Source: Massalongia carnosa | Lineage: Eukaryota | Assembly: GCA_965645245.1 (NCBI GenBank) | Contig: OZ287077.1 | Coordinates: 2,232,001 to 2,296,000 of the forward strand | Length of the DNA stretch: 64,000 nucleotides | Direction of reading: 5' to 3' | Shown here: positions 10,101 to 22,600 of the stretch, piece by piece | Position numbering within the stretch: the first letter of the stretch is position 1 | Layout of the letters: every line of letters begins with the position of its first letter | The notes under the pieces: generated by a model | The model's database searches: none | What the model was told of the DNA's origin: nothing | The model's input: the letters and a program-made list of their open reading frames with translations, nothing else | Translations under genes and position numbers: made by a program

Positions 10101-13100
10101 CTATCGTGGCTTGGCTGGGTATCGTTGATGAAATTCTGCTACCCTTTCCTTGGCGTTAGTAACATACTCAGCATACTCCCAGGTGGGGTCGTTCCAGCCC
10201 GTCCATTGCACCAGGTACTTTAGGCGGTTTCGAAATTTCTTGGAGTCTAGAATTTCTTCAACCTCGTATTCTTCTTCGCCTTCGACTTCAATAGGTGGTG
10301 CGGGAGGGGGGATGTGATCGGGATGAGGGTGTTGCGGCACGGGCGAGAGAAGGGATACGTGGAACACAGGATGAATTTTCATGCCGGGGGGCAGCTCGAG
10401 TTGATACGCGTATTTGCTTACCACCTTAGATATCTTGAATGGACCCAGATTTTTCCAGTCAAGCTTTCGAGCAGGTCTTTGAGTACGGATGTTCTTAGTA
10501 CTCAACCATACTTCGTCTCCTGCTTGGTAACTTGGTGCTGGTACACGATGTTCATTGGCTCCAGTCTCGTACCTGGCTTGCGCGAACTTCATCTCTTCCT
10601 GTAGCACGGACGAGATATCTTGCATCTTCTTGGCGAACTCCCCTGCGTTTAGACTGGCTGGGGATCGAGAGGGCTCAATCGATTCGAATCCCATTCTCGG
10701 ATGAAATCCCATCTCGGCCAGGAATGGGCTGCACCCAGTCGTCTCGGACACTACATTGTTCCCTGTGAATTCTGCCATGGGTAACCAACTTGCCCAATCG
10801 TCTTGAAGATAGTCCGTGTAGCTTCGAAGGTATTGTTCCATGGAGGCGTTTACTCGCTCGGTTTGACCGTCCGTTTCTGGATGGAAGGCCGTTGATAACA
10901 GGCTCTTGATACCCAGTAGTTGACAGAGCTTTTTCCAAAATTCCGATACAAAGAGCACTCCACGATCCGATACTACGGTGCTCGGCAACCCGTGTAGTTT
11001 CCAAATATCTCGAAGAAAGAGTTCAGCCAGTTCCTGAGCATTGATCGTGGTGAGGCATGGAGAGAAGTGCCGTCGTTTCGATAGACGATCGACCACCACT
11101 AATATGGCGTCGAACCCACTACTTTCTGGAAGCCCAGTCACGAAGTCCATCGAAATATCTTGCCAGCGGCGCTCCGGGACGGGTAACGGTTTCAAGACTC
11201 CCATTTTTCCTTGACGAGAGGGCTTGCTTCTTGCACAAACTTGACAATGTTGCACGTACCTTGCTACGAACTGATAGAATCGTGGCCAGTAATAGTGACG
11301 TTGCAGAAGATCAAAGGTCTTGGCTCGACCGGGATGACCGGCTACAGGGCTATCGTGAACGGACTTGCAAAGTCTCATCTTCAGGGCGTGTGAGTCCGGA
11401 ACGTATATCTTTCCTCGATAGTGCAGTCGGCCATCCATCTCTGTGCACTCTGCCAGCGAGATTTCCTTGGAGTGTCTAGCACCTGATCGTAATAATTCCA
11501 GAATTCTCATCGGAAAGAGGTCCTTTTCCAATGCTTCTTGCCATAATTCTTCCAAGGTCTTGATTTCATCCTGATCTGAGGCGATTTCCAGAGGTTCACT
11601 TTGTTCCGAGGCTTCAACATTTTCTTCGAGAGGTTCATCTGCTAATCCGTTCGCTAGAAGTTCAAGATTTCGAGGTTTCAAGACCACTTGATGTTGAATT
11701 TTTATCCGTGGATCATCCTCCCCCTTCGGTAGGTCTTGAGACCTTCTAGTCAGGGCGTCGGGTTTTCCACCGCTTTTCCCTGGGCGGTACATGATCTGGA
11801 AATCGAAGCGGGAGAGATACTCGGACCAGCGTGCTTGACGACGACTGAGCTGTTTCGTTGTCATGAAGTATTCGAGATTCTTATGATCAGAAATGACTTG
11901 AATAGGAAAGGCGGCTCCTTCGAGCTCGGATCTCCATTCCTCGAAAGCTCGAATGATGGCCATGAGTTCCTTGTCATAGATCTCGTAATTGATTTCCGCG
12001 GGGGCGTGTTTTTTCGAGAAGAAGGCTACAGGGCGTAGAACTCCCTCGTCATCGTACTGTGAGAGTACACCCCCCACTACCCAGTCGGAAGCGTCAACTT
12101 CTACCACGATTTTCTTTTCAGGATCGAAATGCATCAGAATGAGATCGCTAACAAATGCGTTTTTTAGCCTTTGAAACGCGGCCTCACACTCGGAGTTCCA
12201 AGAGAACACGGTCCCCTTTTTCGTCAGTTTGATCAGGGGCGAGGCAATGGCTGAGAAACCCTTGACGAAGCGTCTATAGAAATTTGCGAAGCCCACGAAA
12301 GCTTGAATATCCTTAATGTTCTTGGGTGTTATCCAGTCCTTGATCGTCTGAACTTTTCGTGGGTCCATCTTGATTCCTTTGTCCGAAATGATAAGTCCCA
12401 GGTAAGTGGTTTCCGTGACGAAGAATTCACACTTTTCTATGTCCAGTTGCAGACCTGCGGACCTCAGAGCTTCAAGAACTTTTCTTACGTGAATCTTGTG
12501 TTCCTTCTTTGATTTACTGTATACAAGAATGTCGTCGATATAGGCGGTGCAAAAGGCATCTAAATATTCTCGAAGAACGTCGTTGATATAGTGCTGAAAG
12601 GAGCCGGGCCCCCCTGAAAGTCCGAAAGGCAATACTTCATATTCGAAGAGACCGTACCTGGTCTTGAAAGCGGTCATCCATTCTTGCCCGCTCTGCATTC
12701 GTAGCTTGTTGAAAGCCGCGATGATGTCAAACTTAGAGAAAATCATGGCCTTGGCAAGACGATCTAGTGTTTCTTGAATCAGTGGTATTGGATAGCGATT
12801 CTTGATCGTGATCGCGTTCAGAGCTCGATAGTCTACACAGAAACGCAGTCCTCCCGACGGTTTTCGGGCGAATAACACGGGCGAGGAGCAGGGCGAGGAG
12901 CTGGCACGAATAAATCCTTTGGCTAGGTTTTCTTTCAAGTATTTCTGCAAGACTAGTAGTTCAGGAGCTGACATCTTGTACAGCGGGCCTGACGAGGGTA
13001 TGGCTCCTTCCTTGAGAACGATTTTATGATCGTAGGAGCGGTGCGGGGGTAGTTTATCGGCTTCTTGCTTGGAGAAGACGTCTAGAAGATCGTGAAATTC

Positions 13101-14102
13101 CACGGGCACTATACTGGCGGGATCGATGATTTTCTTGGGCTTCAAGGACTTGGCGATATCTTCGAGGGACGAGGCGGAGAGATTGACTTTCTCTCTCGGA
13201 TTTCTGAGTTGTTCAAGGGCTTTGTCAATTTCATACATGGAAGCGGTGAAGATTTCGTTCTTCCGGTCCTTCATCAGGGTCGAGAATGGAGCGGCTCCAA
13301 CCATGTAAATGCTCATAGGTGAGGGATCGGGAGATTCCGTGCAGACCGTCATTGGTCGTGCGTTCGAGATCGGTGGCTCAAGAAGTGTTCGGGATTCAGG
13401 ACTTGAAGGAGCGTTTAATACACTGACTTCGAGAGTTCTAGGAGTCGAGCGAGAGACCTTGTTCTCACTGACTTTCAGGGTTTCAGGAGTTTTCATACAA
13501 GAGACCTCGTTCTTGCGTGATTCGACGGTTTTCAAGGACAGGGACGAAGCGGACTCAGGAGTCCCTTCAGATGGATCAGGAAGGCCAGAAATGACAAGAG
13601 GGACGTGTTTATTCTCTAAACACTCCTGGAAACAGTACGTGGACGAGAAGGTCAGGGTATTTTCAGTCCAGCTGACGGAGGGGTCATGAATTTGAAGCCA
13701 CTTGACTCCCAGGACGACAGGATAATGACCCAGTTGGGTAACTAAGAACGAGCCTTGCTCGGAATGACGGTTTATTCGCATCCTTGACTTGATCAGATGA
13801 GTAAGTTTTCCGGCCGCCGCGGGGCGACCATCGACTACTTCGAGGATACGAGGACGGACAAGAGGGGTGAAAGGCAGGGAATTGTTTCGCGCGAAGGATG
13901 AATCAATGAATGCGTAGCCCGAGGCACCGCAATCAATCAAAGCATGGGTGTGTATAACTCGATTTTCCACAGAGAGTGCTATAGATATGACACAATGTCT
14001 ACCGTCTAACGAATCTTCTGAGAGAGAAAAGGCTGAAATCGACACAGGGACCCCTTCTGAACGTCTTCGGGGGCGACTTAGCCCGAAGACGACGCGTTTT
14101 CC
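10101..14102 (-). CDS. Pol of element C (PR-RT-RH-IN-chromodomain), probably via -1 frameshift at GGAAAAC (14096-14102)
   Basis: LIDCGA, LRFCVDYR, YIDD, DAS, GHPG..C..C, GQTER, YEVEEIL..YLVQW. Uninterrupted frame. Confidence 0.93.
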   Translation of the reverse strand, partial: GKRVVFGLSRPRRRSEGVPVSISAFSLSEDSLDGRHCVISIALSVENRVIHTHALIDCGASGYAFIDSSFARNNSLPFTPLVRPRILEVVDGRPAAAGKLTHLIKSRMRINRHSEQGSFLVTQLGHYPVVLGVKWLQIHDPSVSWTENTLTFSSTYCFQECLENKHVPLVISGLPDPSEGTPESASSLSLKTVESRKNEVSCMKTPETLKVSENKVSRSTPRTLEVSVLNAPSSPESRTLLEPPISNARPMTVCTESPDPSPMSIYMVGAAPFSTLMKDRKNEIFTASMYEIDKALEQLRNPREKVNLSASSLEDIAKSLKPKKIIDPASIVPVEFHDLLDVFSKQEADKLPPHRSYDHKIVLKEGAIPSSGPLYKMSAPELLVLQKYLKENLAKGFIRASSSPCSSPVLFARKPSGGLRFCVDYRALNAITIKNRYPIPLIQETLDRLAKAMIFSKFDIIAAFNKLRMQSGQEWMTAFKTRYGLFEYEVLPFGLSGGPGSFQHYINDVLREYLDAFCTAYIDDILVYSKSKKEHKIHVRKVLEALRSAGLQLDIEKCEFFVTETTYLGLIISDKGIKMDPRKVQTIKDWITPKNIKDIQAFVGFANFYRRFVKGFSAIASPLIKLTKKGTVFSWNSECEAAFQRLKNAFVSDLILMHFDPEKKIVVEVDASDWVVGGVLSQYDDEGVLRPVAFFSKKHAPAEINYEIYDKELMAIIRAFEEWRSELEGAAFPIQVISDHKNLEYFMTTKQLSRRQARWSEYLSRFDFQIMYRPGKSGGKPDALTRRSQDLPKGEDDPRIKIQHQVVLKPRNLELLANGLADEPLEENVEASEQSEPLEIASDQDEIKTLEELWQEALEKDLFPMRILELLRSGARHSKEISLAECTEMDGRLHYRGKIYVPDSHALKMRLCKSVHDSPVAGHPGRAKTFDLLQRHYYWPRFYQFVARYVQHCQVCARSKPSRQGKMGVLKPLPVPERRWQDISMDFVTGLPESSGFDAILVVVDRLSKRRHFSPCLTTINAQELAELFLRDIWKLHGLPSTVVSDRGVLFVSEFWKKLCQLLGIKSLLSTAFHPETDGQTERVNASMEQYLRSYTDYLQDDWASWLPMAEFTGNNVVSETTGCSPFLAEMGFHPRMGFESIEPSRSPASLNAGEFAKKMQDISSVLQEEMKFAQARYETGANEHRVPAPSYQAGDEVWLSTKNIRTQRPARKLDWKNLGPFKISKVVSKYAYQLELPPGMKIHPVFHVSLLSPVPQHPHPDHIPPPAPPIEVEGEEEYEVEEILDSKKFRNRLKYLVQWTGWNDPTWEYAEYVTNAKERVAEFHQRYPAKPR

Positions 14103-15322
14103 GAGACCTCAGCTAGAGAGGACTCGTTCAGCCGAGAGGTTCGCGGCTTGGTTTCTCCCTTTCGAGGGCAGACGGCCGCAAAATGTCCTGACCCCCCACA
14201 GTAGCGGCACAACCCTTCGTTCATCCGACGGGTGACTTCTGCTTGAGGTAACTTACCTCTGTGTGTGGCGGAGAGGTCCATTGGCTCGGCGGCCGGAAGG
14301 GGAGACGGGGAGGCGGCGGAAGAAGAGACGGATCGGGGGAGGGCGACTCCTCCCGACAGGGGGTTATGAGGGGGGGTCCCCACACCAGAAGAAGGTGGGG
14401 CGGACCGGGGGGGGTATGGCTTCCGGAGGGAAGCATTGACATTCCGTTGGCGGGTGTCTAGCCGTTGGAGGAGGGTCACCAGTTCGTCGAGGTCCTCGGG
14501 AGTGATTTGGGTAACCATGAGCTGCTTCAGCTCGTCACTGATGCCTTCCAGCAGAGCTGAGCGCATTGCCTCCTCGTCGAAATTGGTATCCGGGGCAATA
14601 CGCTGGAAGTCCGAGAGGTAGACATGGAATTCCTTATTGGCCTGGCGCAGCGACCGCAGTTCCCGCTGTGCCGTGGCCTTTTTGTCCGGGTCCCCAAAGG
14701 CCCTCTCCAACATAGCCAATAACCCTGCCACATCGGGGATACTCACTTCGTTGTGAGACTTGACGTAGGGTTGCACTTGCGCCATGGCACGACCCTCTAA
14801 GCGGCTGATGGCGTACAGAAGGCCGGCTTTGGGATTCGTGAAACGGTCTTGATTCACAAAGAGCTTCAGGTTAAGCTGGGTGACCCACTCGCGCAACTCG
14901 TCCTTCTTGCCCGAGAACTTCGGGATGTCCGGCAATTTCTCTGAGCGCGCCTCGCGCTGGGCGGTGGGTTGATGATGATGGTCATTGATCTGCTGACGGA
15001 GGCTGGCGATGGTGGCTCGAGAGGCGATGTTCTCGTTATTGGAGGTCTGCAACTGGCTACGGATATTATTATGCTCAGCTTCCAGAAAGTCATACTGATT
15101 TGATTTTTCCGTTAGAAAGCCCTGAAGGGTCGCTGATCGGTTGGCGGACTGAATGGCCTGATGATACCATTCATGAGGGAATTTTTGGACCGATTGACTC
15201 CAGGCCTCAATAGATGCAACATGAGGGGCGAGAGAATCCTCGTCATCGAAGCTTGGGGGGGAAAGGCCAGGACTTGATTCGGAACGGGGCGTGGCTATCT
15301 TGGACGAGGAACTGGAAGCCAT
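14078..15322 (-). CDS. Gag of element C
   Basis: ATG start MASSS.., retrotransposon gag motif (LPDIPKFSG), PMDL, CCHC knuckle CRYCGGSGHFAAVC. Confidence 0.9.
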   Translation of the reverse strand: MASSSSSKIATPRSESSPGLSPPSFDDEDSLAPHVASIEAWSQSVQKFPHEWYHQAIQSANRSATLQGFLTEKSNQYDFLEAEHNNIRSQLQTSNNENIASRATIASLRQQINDHHHQPTAQREARSEKLPDIPKFSGKKDELREWVTQLNLKLFVNQDRFTNPKAGLLYAISRLEGRAMAQVQPYVKSHNEVSIPDVAGLLAMLERAFGDPDKKATAQRELRSLRQANKEFHVYLSDFQRIAPDTNFDEEAMRSALLEGISDELKQLMVTQITPEDLDELVTLLQRLDTRQRNVNASLRKPYPPRSAPPSSGVGTPPHNPLSGGVALPRSVSSSAASPSPLPAAEPMDLSATHRGKLPQAEVTRRMNEGLCRYCGGSGHFAAVCPRKGETKPRTSRLNESSLAEVSENASSSG

Positions 15323-15682
15323 ACTAAAGAGGTGAATGAGAAACGAGGAACGGAGCACCACCTGAACACGGGTGAGGTGTTCGTAATGTGACGAGGCGGC
15401 AACGGGGGGGCCTATTCAGGTGGTGAAGGTGGTGGCATTGCTAGCTATGACTATACTAGATAGACAAGACGAACACAAGGAAGAAAGCATCAATTGCTGC
15501 AGAGATTTTCCATGTAACTCCCGGAACCCATTTCCTTACCTGAATGCGGTTAGCTCCCCACTAAGGCTAACGCGATACCTAAAACATTTAGCGTGTCGGG
15601 AGGTATCGCTTAGCAGAGCATCTCGCGCTCACACCATGACACCAGTCCCTTGACATACCGAAGCAATCAAATCACCCTGACA

Positions 15683-16182
15683 TATTTATAAGAGGGACAG
15701 TAGACACTAGTCCTTATGGGTTATAATGCTCAGTGTGACTGCTAATAGATTGGTAGGTGCTAAAGCTAAAAGCTGATTCCCTGAAGATGGGTATCGAGCT
15801 TTCTATATACCCCTTGGGGTCCTATTTACTAACTACTTGTCTGGTTACCTGTCTGCCTTGTTGCCTTCAGCTGAGGTCTAGTAGATAGCCTTGCTGCCTT
15901 CAGCTGAGGTCTAGCAGATAACCTTGTTGCCTTCAGCTGAGGTCTAGCAGATAGCCTTGTTGCCTTCAGCTGAGGTCTCCTAGGCGTCCCAGGCCTCCCA
16001 TGAGATCGAGGCTTATCTGAATAGCTTCAGTTGCTGCCTAACAAACTGGTAAGGCTGATTGCTGATGGCTTAGTATTGCTATCCGCCTTATCATGACTAA
16101 GCATCCGGATTATCAGTCACCCGGTCTTATTGGGTGAGTCATCCCAGGAGCTAGCGCAGTCCTGTATTGCCGCGCTATTACA
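15683..16182. mobile_element. Probable degenerate LTR fragment with ~4 copies of a 33-bp tandem unit (15855-15978)
   Basis: Unit GCCTTGTTGCCTTCAGCTGAGGTCTAGCAGATA, TATA-like box, ends ..TTACA. No partner LTR in the window. Confidence 0.55.
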
Positions 16183-18266
16183 ATATTACTAGATGCAACT
16201 GAATCATCTACTATTATTATTACACCTACCGGCCGAAGGACTAGAACTCATCAATTATTAGAACGTCAACGAGATCAAGGTGAGATCCTTATTAATGCAG
16301 GTGATTTTGATAGACAATCGGTGAATCGATGGGTTTGTCATGATGCTCGATGTACGAATCAAATAACTTCTGTTACGTTGATGAAGATGGGCTTCATTAT
16401 GATCTTTCTCATACATTGTAAAGAGATTAGGCTAAGGCTCTCGCTCGCGGTGACATCAGTGCTTCCCTAGATAATCCACCACCAACATTGTATAGGTTCA
16501 TACTACGACAGGGGCCGGTGGGTCTCAACTCTCGGAAGACGAGAATACAGGAAGGACGGGAGGATTCCAGAAAAGATCGCGATGAGACGAAAAGCTTCAT
16601 GGGTGAAATGATGCAATTCACAAAGCAATCGATGGAAATGCGTATGCAGGAATCGATGATGGACCAAATGGAAAGAATGGGTGAAAGAATGAGTAATGTT
16701 CGTCGCCCCCCTCCCCCTCCTGTTTATTCTCAACCATTATCTTCTTCGTCCCCGAACCCATCATCCCCCCACCCCTGCGGCACCAAGACCGAGCTCGAAA
16801 CTGCTGACTAGGTCAAGCCCCATATGCAACCCCGAGGATGAGGAGTTTGCTATAGAGGATTTCCTCAATTGGAAAGGGGAGGCATTGCAGAGTCAAAGAG
16901 CCAAGGATAGATAGAATGGGGTTAAGGAGATTGTTCAAAACGAGACGTGGTCTTCGGAGGATTTGAGAGATATGTCAGAAACGAGCTCACATATATAAAC
17001 GGGCTATTCAACTGGGCATACCTGATGAATAGGCACGAGCATTAAGAACTGATCTCCGTACATTCGAACCGCAATGGCGACATGGAGTTGATGAGGGGGA
17101 TGTGCCATAGGAAGAGGTGGAAATAATTGGCTATATAGGTAGGGTTGGAAGGTTGGAAGAATTATGCGTTTATGGATATTCGGGGTAAATCGATATCTTT
17201 TTTCATGCTTATAATATAATGGAAACATTTGCATACATCAACACTCGTAATGCTAACAGCCGAATTGCAACACACTATGCAAAAACACCTGTTTTTGGTG
17301 AGGTTTTACTAATTAGTTTACATGCAAATGAAGTCTTTTTTCTCGATTCTGTAATCATGTAATCAATATTTATAAACATTATAAATGATCAATAGATCTT
17401 CTCAATACGCTCAGTTCGATTGTATCATGGAGTAGATTCAGGAGTGATTAATTTAATCAAAGATTTCCGGATTCAGGGGTTCTAGCCTAGATGTAGGTCA
17501 GATATAAAATCCAGCCCTAAATCTGGTCCAGATCTGGTCCAGATTGAATAATTCAATCAAAATATATTTGCACCTCACCCCCATGTAGCTCCCTTTCCAA
17601 TTCAATGATATCGGCCTCGAATATATACCCCCGACCCCCACCACTATGACGAAAGTGCTCTTTAGCGAAACGGTCCCAATGGCTCCTGTCGATGGCATAT
17701 CGAATTTAATCGCCGAAGGTGCCCTCAAATTCAGAGCGAATTGAGGTATAATGGGTTCTAAACCAAGCCTTTAATACACAAAAACTCAACTCGATTGGAT
17801 TGAAATCCGGTGAATAGGGCAACCGTGTCCATGATTGGCCTCCTCAATGCGTGGTTGCAATGGATAGCGGCATTATCCATGACTATAACGCTTCGGGGGC
17901 CTGAATAAGGGGTGCAATATGGAAGTAATTTGTCGGTTATCCATTGAAAGAAACCATCTGCATTAAACCACCCCTCCCGAATGCTCGTACATGGCAGATA
18001 GCCATCAACAGTATATGCAGGAAGAACGGTCCAATTATGACCCTGTAAGAACCACTATCCAGGGAAGACGAATAGTAGTCAGCTACCTAAGAGACTAAGC
18101 ATGAAGAAGAGAAATCTATCTACAAAGAAGAATGTGAAATCTATATGCCCCGTTTGCCCTTCTTCTCGAAGTTTCCATCCGGCTCTAGAAGCTTATCTCC
18201 GAAGCTTCGGTCGGAAAGAGCCGTTGGATTTAGCGCTCCCACACCCGAGTCCTGACACTACCCCCC

Positions 18267-19591
18267 CACGCGGGGGACAAAAAAAAAACTACACCAAAAT
18301 TTAACCGGGTTCAACCCCCCACCAAAACACAAGCAATTTCCATACAATTTTGATGGGATCACCATTTCAACAACCAGTCATCCAATTTATTCAATCTATT
18401 CAATAACCAGTCATTTTACCCTCACCATCCAAAACAGCTCTCAATCTATCTGGCATAGTAGACACCCGTTCATTGATAAATGCCTGGGAAACGTTCGCCC
18501 ACCCCTCATAAATTAGCCCCTTAGTCGTATCATCATCCCAATAAGGATATTTTTTTAAATATTGCTTCGGGGCCTGCCAGCAATTTTCTATGGGGGCCAA
18601 ATCAGGTGAACATGGACAGTTGAAATAGTGCTTCAGATCGTTGTTCTGCTTCCAAGTGCGTACAATGTTTGATTTGCCTGGTCCATGTCCAGAATCACCG
18701 TCTTCTTCTAAGACGAAATCGTGTTTTGCTTCAATCCAGGGCTTCACAATAGGCTCCAATATAGAGTCGATATAGACTCGTTGACTCATCTTTCCATTGG
18801 AGTTTCCAGGAACTCTGTAAAAGTATATATCTGACTTGAAGTCATGACCTGCAGCAGCCCAACAGTGATGTCTCTTCTTGACGGCCTCGTCTGGTTCATC
18901 TGCTTCTTGAATACAATCATGACAATAACGTTCACCTAATCTTCGTAGGATGCGTAATTTGCCCTGAGGTCCCCATCCAAAGTGCACTTCGTCACTAAAT
19001 CGAACTTGTTTCCAGTCTTCTGCATTTGGATATCTAGAAAGCATAGCATCTGACCACTTCATACGAAGCTTTTTTGTCTTCTCGTTCACCCATCCCTTTC
19101 TGCACGCAATTCATTTGTGATAATCCATGGTGCCTATGATTCGTTGAATGGTTTTGCCACTGCAGTCTAGGCCTACTTCGAAGCCCAATTGCTCCCATGT
19201 AAGAGCGCGCGCCTCCATACCTTCTTCTTCCAATAGCCGTTCTATTTCTCTAATCAATTTAGGCGTAACAATTTTGTGACGCCCACGAGCTTCAGAAACA
19301 TCGGAATTATTATGATGACGGCGTGATAAGGCTCCTTCACGCAGGTATGCATAGCCCCTCGTACGTTCCACATCAAATGTGCGAAAAACATCCTCTTTGT
19401 GATAAGAAATGCTTTGCTTTTCGCAAAATTCAACGGCTCCCTGAATTTTAGCTTTGGTAGGAGTCTCGATATGTTTAGAATTCATAATAATGATAATTAT
19501 CCCATCAAAATCGTATGTAAATTGCTTGTGTTTTGGTGGGGAGTTGAGCCCGGTTAAATTTTGGTGTAGTTTTTTTTTTGTCCCCCGCGTG
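18267..19591 (-). mobile_element. Tc1/mariner-like DNA transposon F (DD37E) with ~93-bp TIRs
   Basis: TIRs at 18267-18359 and 19499-19591 begin CACGCGGGGGACAAAA. Flanked on both sides by CCCCCC. Confidence 0.92.
18400..19485 (-). pseudogene. Transposase of element F with one in-frame stop (19111-19113)
   Basis: FSDE..EEDGDSGH..SPDLAPIE, 37 residues between the second D and E. The two ORFs are in the same frame either side of a TGA. Confidence 0.88.
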
Positions 19592-19624
19592 CCCCCCTCT
19601 TGGTTAGCGAGCTCCTGATCGCTG

Positions 19625-22600
19625 TCATGTGATTAGCTTCGGTCGCGGCTTCTTTGGATATTTCCGATAATATTCTTCCACAGTTTCTTTTGAATTCGCA
19701 AAATCTTCGGCCGGATACCATATGTTATCCGGTGGGTAATTGCTCCATTTTACCTTGTATTGTAGCTTCTTGTTGAAATTTCTTGAATCCAAAATATCAT
19801 CAATTTCAAATTCTTCCTCGTTGTCAATTATTACCGGTAGTGGAGGCGGGAGTATTTGTCCGGGCAATGGGTCTTTACTTGCTGGTCGGAGTAATGATGA
19901 ATAGAAAACATCGTGTATTTTCATCGATGCTGGAAGATCTAACTTATAGCTATTCCCTAAAGCTTTTAATATCTTGTACGGTCCGATCATCTTATGATCT
20001 AGCTTTTTCGAAGGCCTTTCCGTTTTGATATTTTTGGTTGATAGCCAAACTTCATCTCCTTCTTTATAGGTTGGTGCCTCCTCCTGATGATTGTCCGCGA
20101 ATCTCTTCTGACATTCTTGGCTTCGTACTATGTTTTCTTTTCCGAATTCCCAGATTTTCTCCATTGCTTGGCCGAGATTTTTTGCTCGAGTTTTCAATAT
20201 TCTTTCTCTGGCCGATCCAGTAGATGCGGCAATCGGATAGAAGCTCATCCTCGGTTCAAACCCATAGTTGACCTAAAATGGAGATAATCCACTTGAAGCT
20301 GAGACACAGGCATTTGATGCGAACTCGGCCATCGATAACAACTCTGTCCAGTCATCTTGCTGATAATTGACATAGGTTCTCAGATATCGCTCCATTTCTT
20401 GATTGGATATTTCGCTTTGACCGTCGGTCTCGGGATGGAATGCGGTTGATAACTTGGCTTTTATTCCCAGCATTACGCATAGCGATTTCCATACTAGCGA
20501 TACGAATTGAGGTCCCCTATCTGAGATTATCGTGGTCGGTAGGCCATGCAATTTCCATACATGTTTTACTAGCATTCGGGCCGTCTCTTCGGCAGTTGTC
20601 CCTTCTTCGTCCGTGGTGCATGGAATGTAATGATGCATCTTGGAAAATCGGTCTACTACCATTAATATTGCATTATGACCTTTGCTTTCAGGTAGGCCAG
20701 TTACGAAATCCATTGATATATCTGTCCAGGGCCGGTCTGGTATAGGTAGCGGATTTAATAGTCCGGAATAACCGTCCCTTGGAGCTTTTGCTCTTTTGCA
20801 TGTATGACAATTTCGAATGTATTGTTCTATGGTCCCTTTCATCTTTGGCCAAAAAAAGAATTTCTTCATCATCTCGTAGGTCCGCTTTATTCCCGGATGG
20901 CCAACGGCTGGTTGATCGTGAACTTCCTGTATCAGCTTCATTCTCTTTTCTTCGGGGACAAATAGTTTGGCATTATTCTCGAGCGGATCTTTCGACTTTT
21001 CCGCGTTGATCTCGTTCATTTCAAAACCCATTTCCTTTTGGATTTGAGGGTCTAGGCTTTCGAGAGGTAAGATTATCTGATTTTGATGCTTTTGCCTGTC
21101 ATCTTCCTCTGATTCGGGCCTGTCTCCTGGTCTTCTAGTTAGTGCATCTGCCTTTTTATGGAATTTTCCAGCTTGGTATGTGATGACAAAATTGAAATCG
21201 GCCAGAAATTCAGCCCACCTGGCCTGTCGCCTATTTAGCTTTTTGGTTGTCATGAAATATTCCAAGCTTTTGTGGTCGGTCAACACTTTGATTGGGAGCT
21301 CGGTGGATTGCGGCTCAGGCCTCCATTGCTCGAAACATTTGATTATTGCAAGCAATTCTTTATCGTATATTTCATAATTGCATTCGGCTGGCAACAGGCT
21401 CTTTGAAAAGAAGGCTACTGGTCTGATAAGTCCATCTTCACCTCTTTGCGATAATACTCCGGCTGACAGATAATCAGATGAATCCGATTCCACGAACGTT
21501 TCTCGGCTTGGGCTGAAATGCGCGAGGACCGGGGCCTCGGTCACCCGTCTTTTCAATTCGGAAAAAGCTGCTTGGCAGGTTGGGGTCCAATTGAATGGTT
21601 CGTCTTTTCGAGTTAGATGTACGAGGGGTTTGGCTATTTTGGAGAAGTCTTTGATAAAACGTCTATAAAAGTTGATAAATCCTAGAAAGGCCTGCACCTG
21701 TTTAAGATGCCTAGGGATGGCCCATTCGACGACTGCCTCCATTTTGGTAGGGTCCATCTTGATCCCATTCCGCCCGACTACCACTCCTAGGAACTTTGTT
21801 TCGGTCACATGGAATTCGCATTTATCCACATCAGCCTGAATACCAGCTTCTCGAAGCTTTTGTAGAACTTTTCGAACATGTTTTCGGTGGTCAGTCATGG
21901 TTTCACTATAAACAAAGAGATCGTCCAGATAGGCTATTAGGAATTCGTCTAGATATTCTAAGAAGGTATCGTTGATGAAGTTCTGAAACGTAGCAGGGCC
22001 GTTGGTCAGTCCGAAGGGTAATACTAGAGATTTATATGACCCAAATCGCGTGCGGAAGGTTGTGAGATCTTCGTCCTTTTCGGTTTTCATCCTAAGTCGG
22101 TTAAAGGCATGTCGAATATCTATTCTTGTCAAAAATCTAGCCCTAGCCAATCGAGACATTATCTCAGATATCAGAGGTAGGGGATATCGATTTTTTTTGG
22201 TGATTTCGTTTAGCTTTCGATAATCGACGCAGAACCGAAGTCCTCCACTCGGTTTCTTGGCGAATAGTATCGGCGAGGCAAATGGGGCCGAGCTAGCTAT
22301 AATAAATCCTTTCTTCAGATTTTCTTCCAAATATCTCTTGACCAGTAGGAGTTCTCCCTCTGACATATTATATAGCGGGGCATGCCCGGGTCCTTTACCT
22401 TCTAGTAATTCGATGGTATGGTCATGCTTTCTGTGAGGGGGCAGTTCATCAGCTTTTTCCTTAGAGAAAACATCAAGAAAATCGTGATACTCGGGGGGGA
22501 CTATGGTCTTAGGATCAGTGATTGGCTTTTCTCCCTTGGCTAGTTCAAAGTTGATATCTCTCAGCGAGACTGCAAATATCTCGACATCCTTTTGTTTCGT

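Larger units (their letters stand above)
9790..15641 (-). mobile_element. Full-length Ty3/Gypsy chromovirus C with identical LTRs
   Basis: 255-bp LTRs at 9790-10044 and 15387-15641 (no difference seen). TSD CCAGT at 9785-9789 and 15642-15646. PPT GAAGGGGGAGCTAC on the minus strand. Confidence 0.97.
6981..15655 (+). mobile_element. Ty3/Gypsy element B, 3' half; its 3' LTR is split by element C
   Basis: pol remnant, then PPT GAGAGGGGAGCTAC at 9261-9274. LTR starts TG at 9275, runs to 9789 and resumes after element C to ..CTTGACA at 15655 (this end is inferred). Confidence 0.85.
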
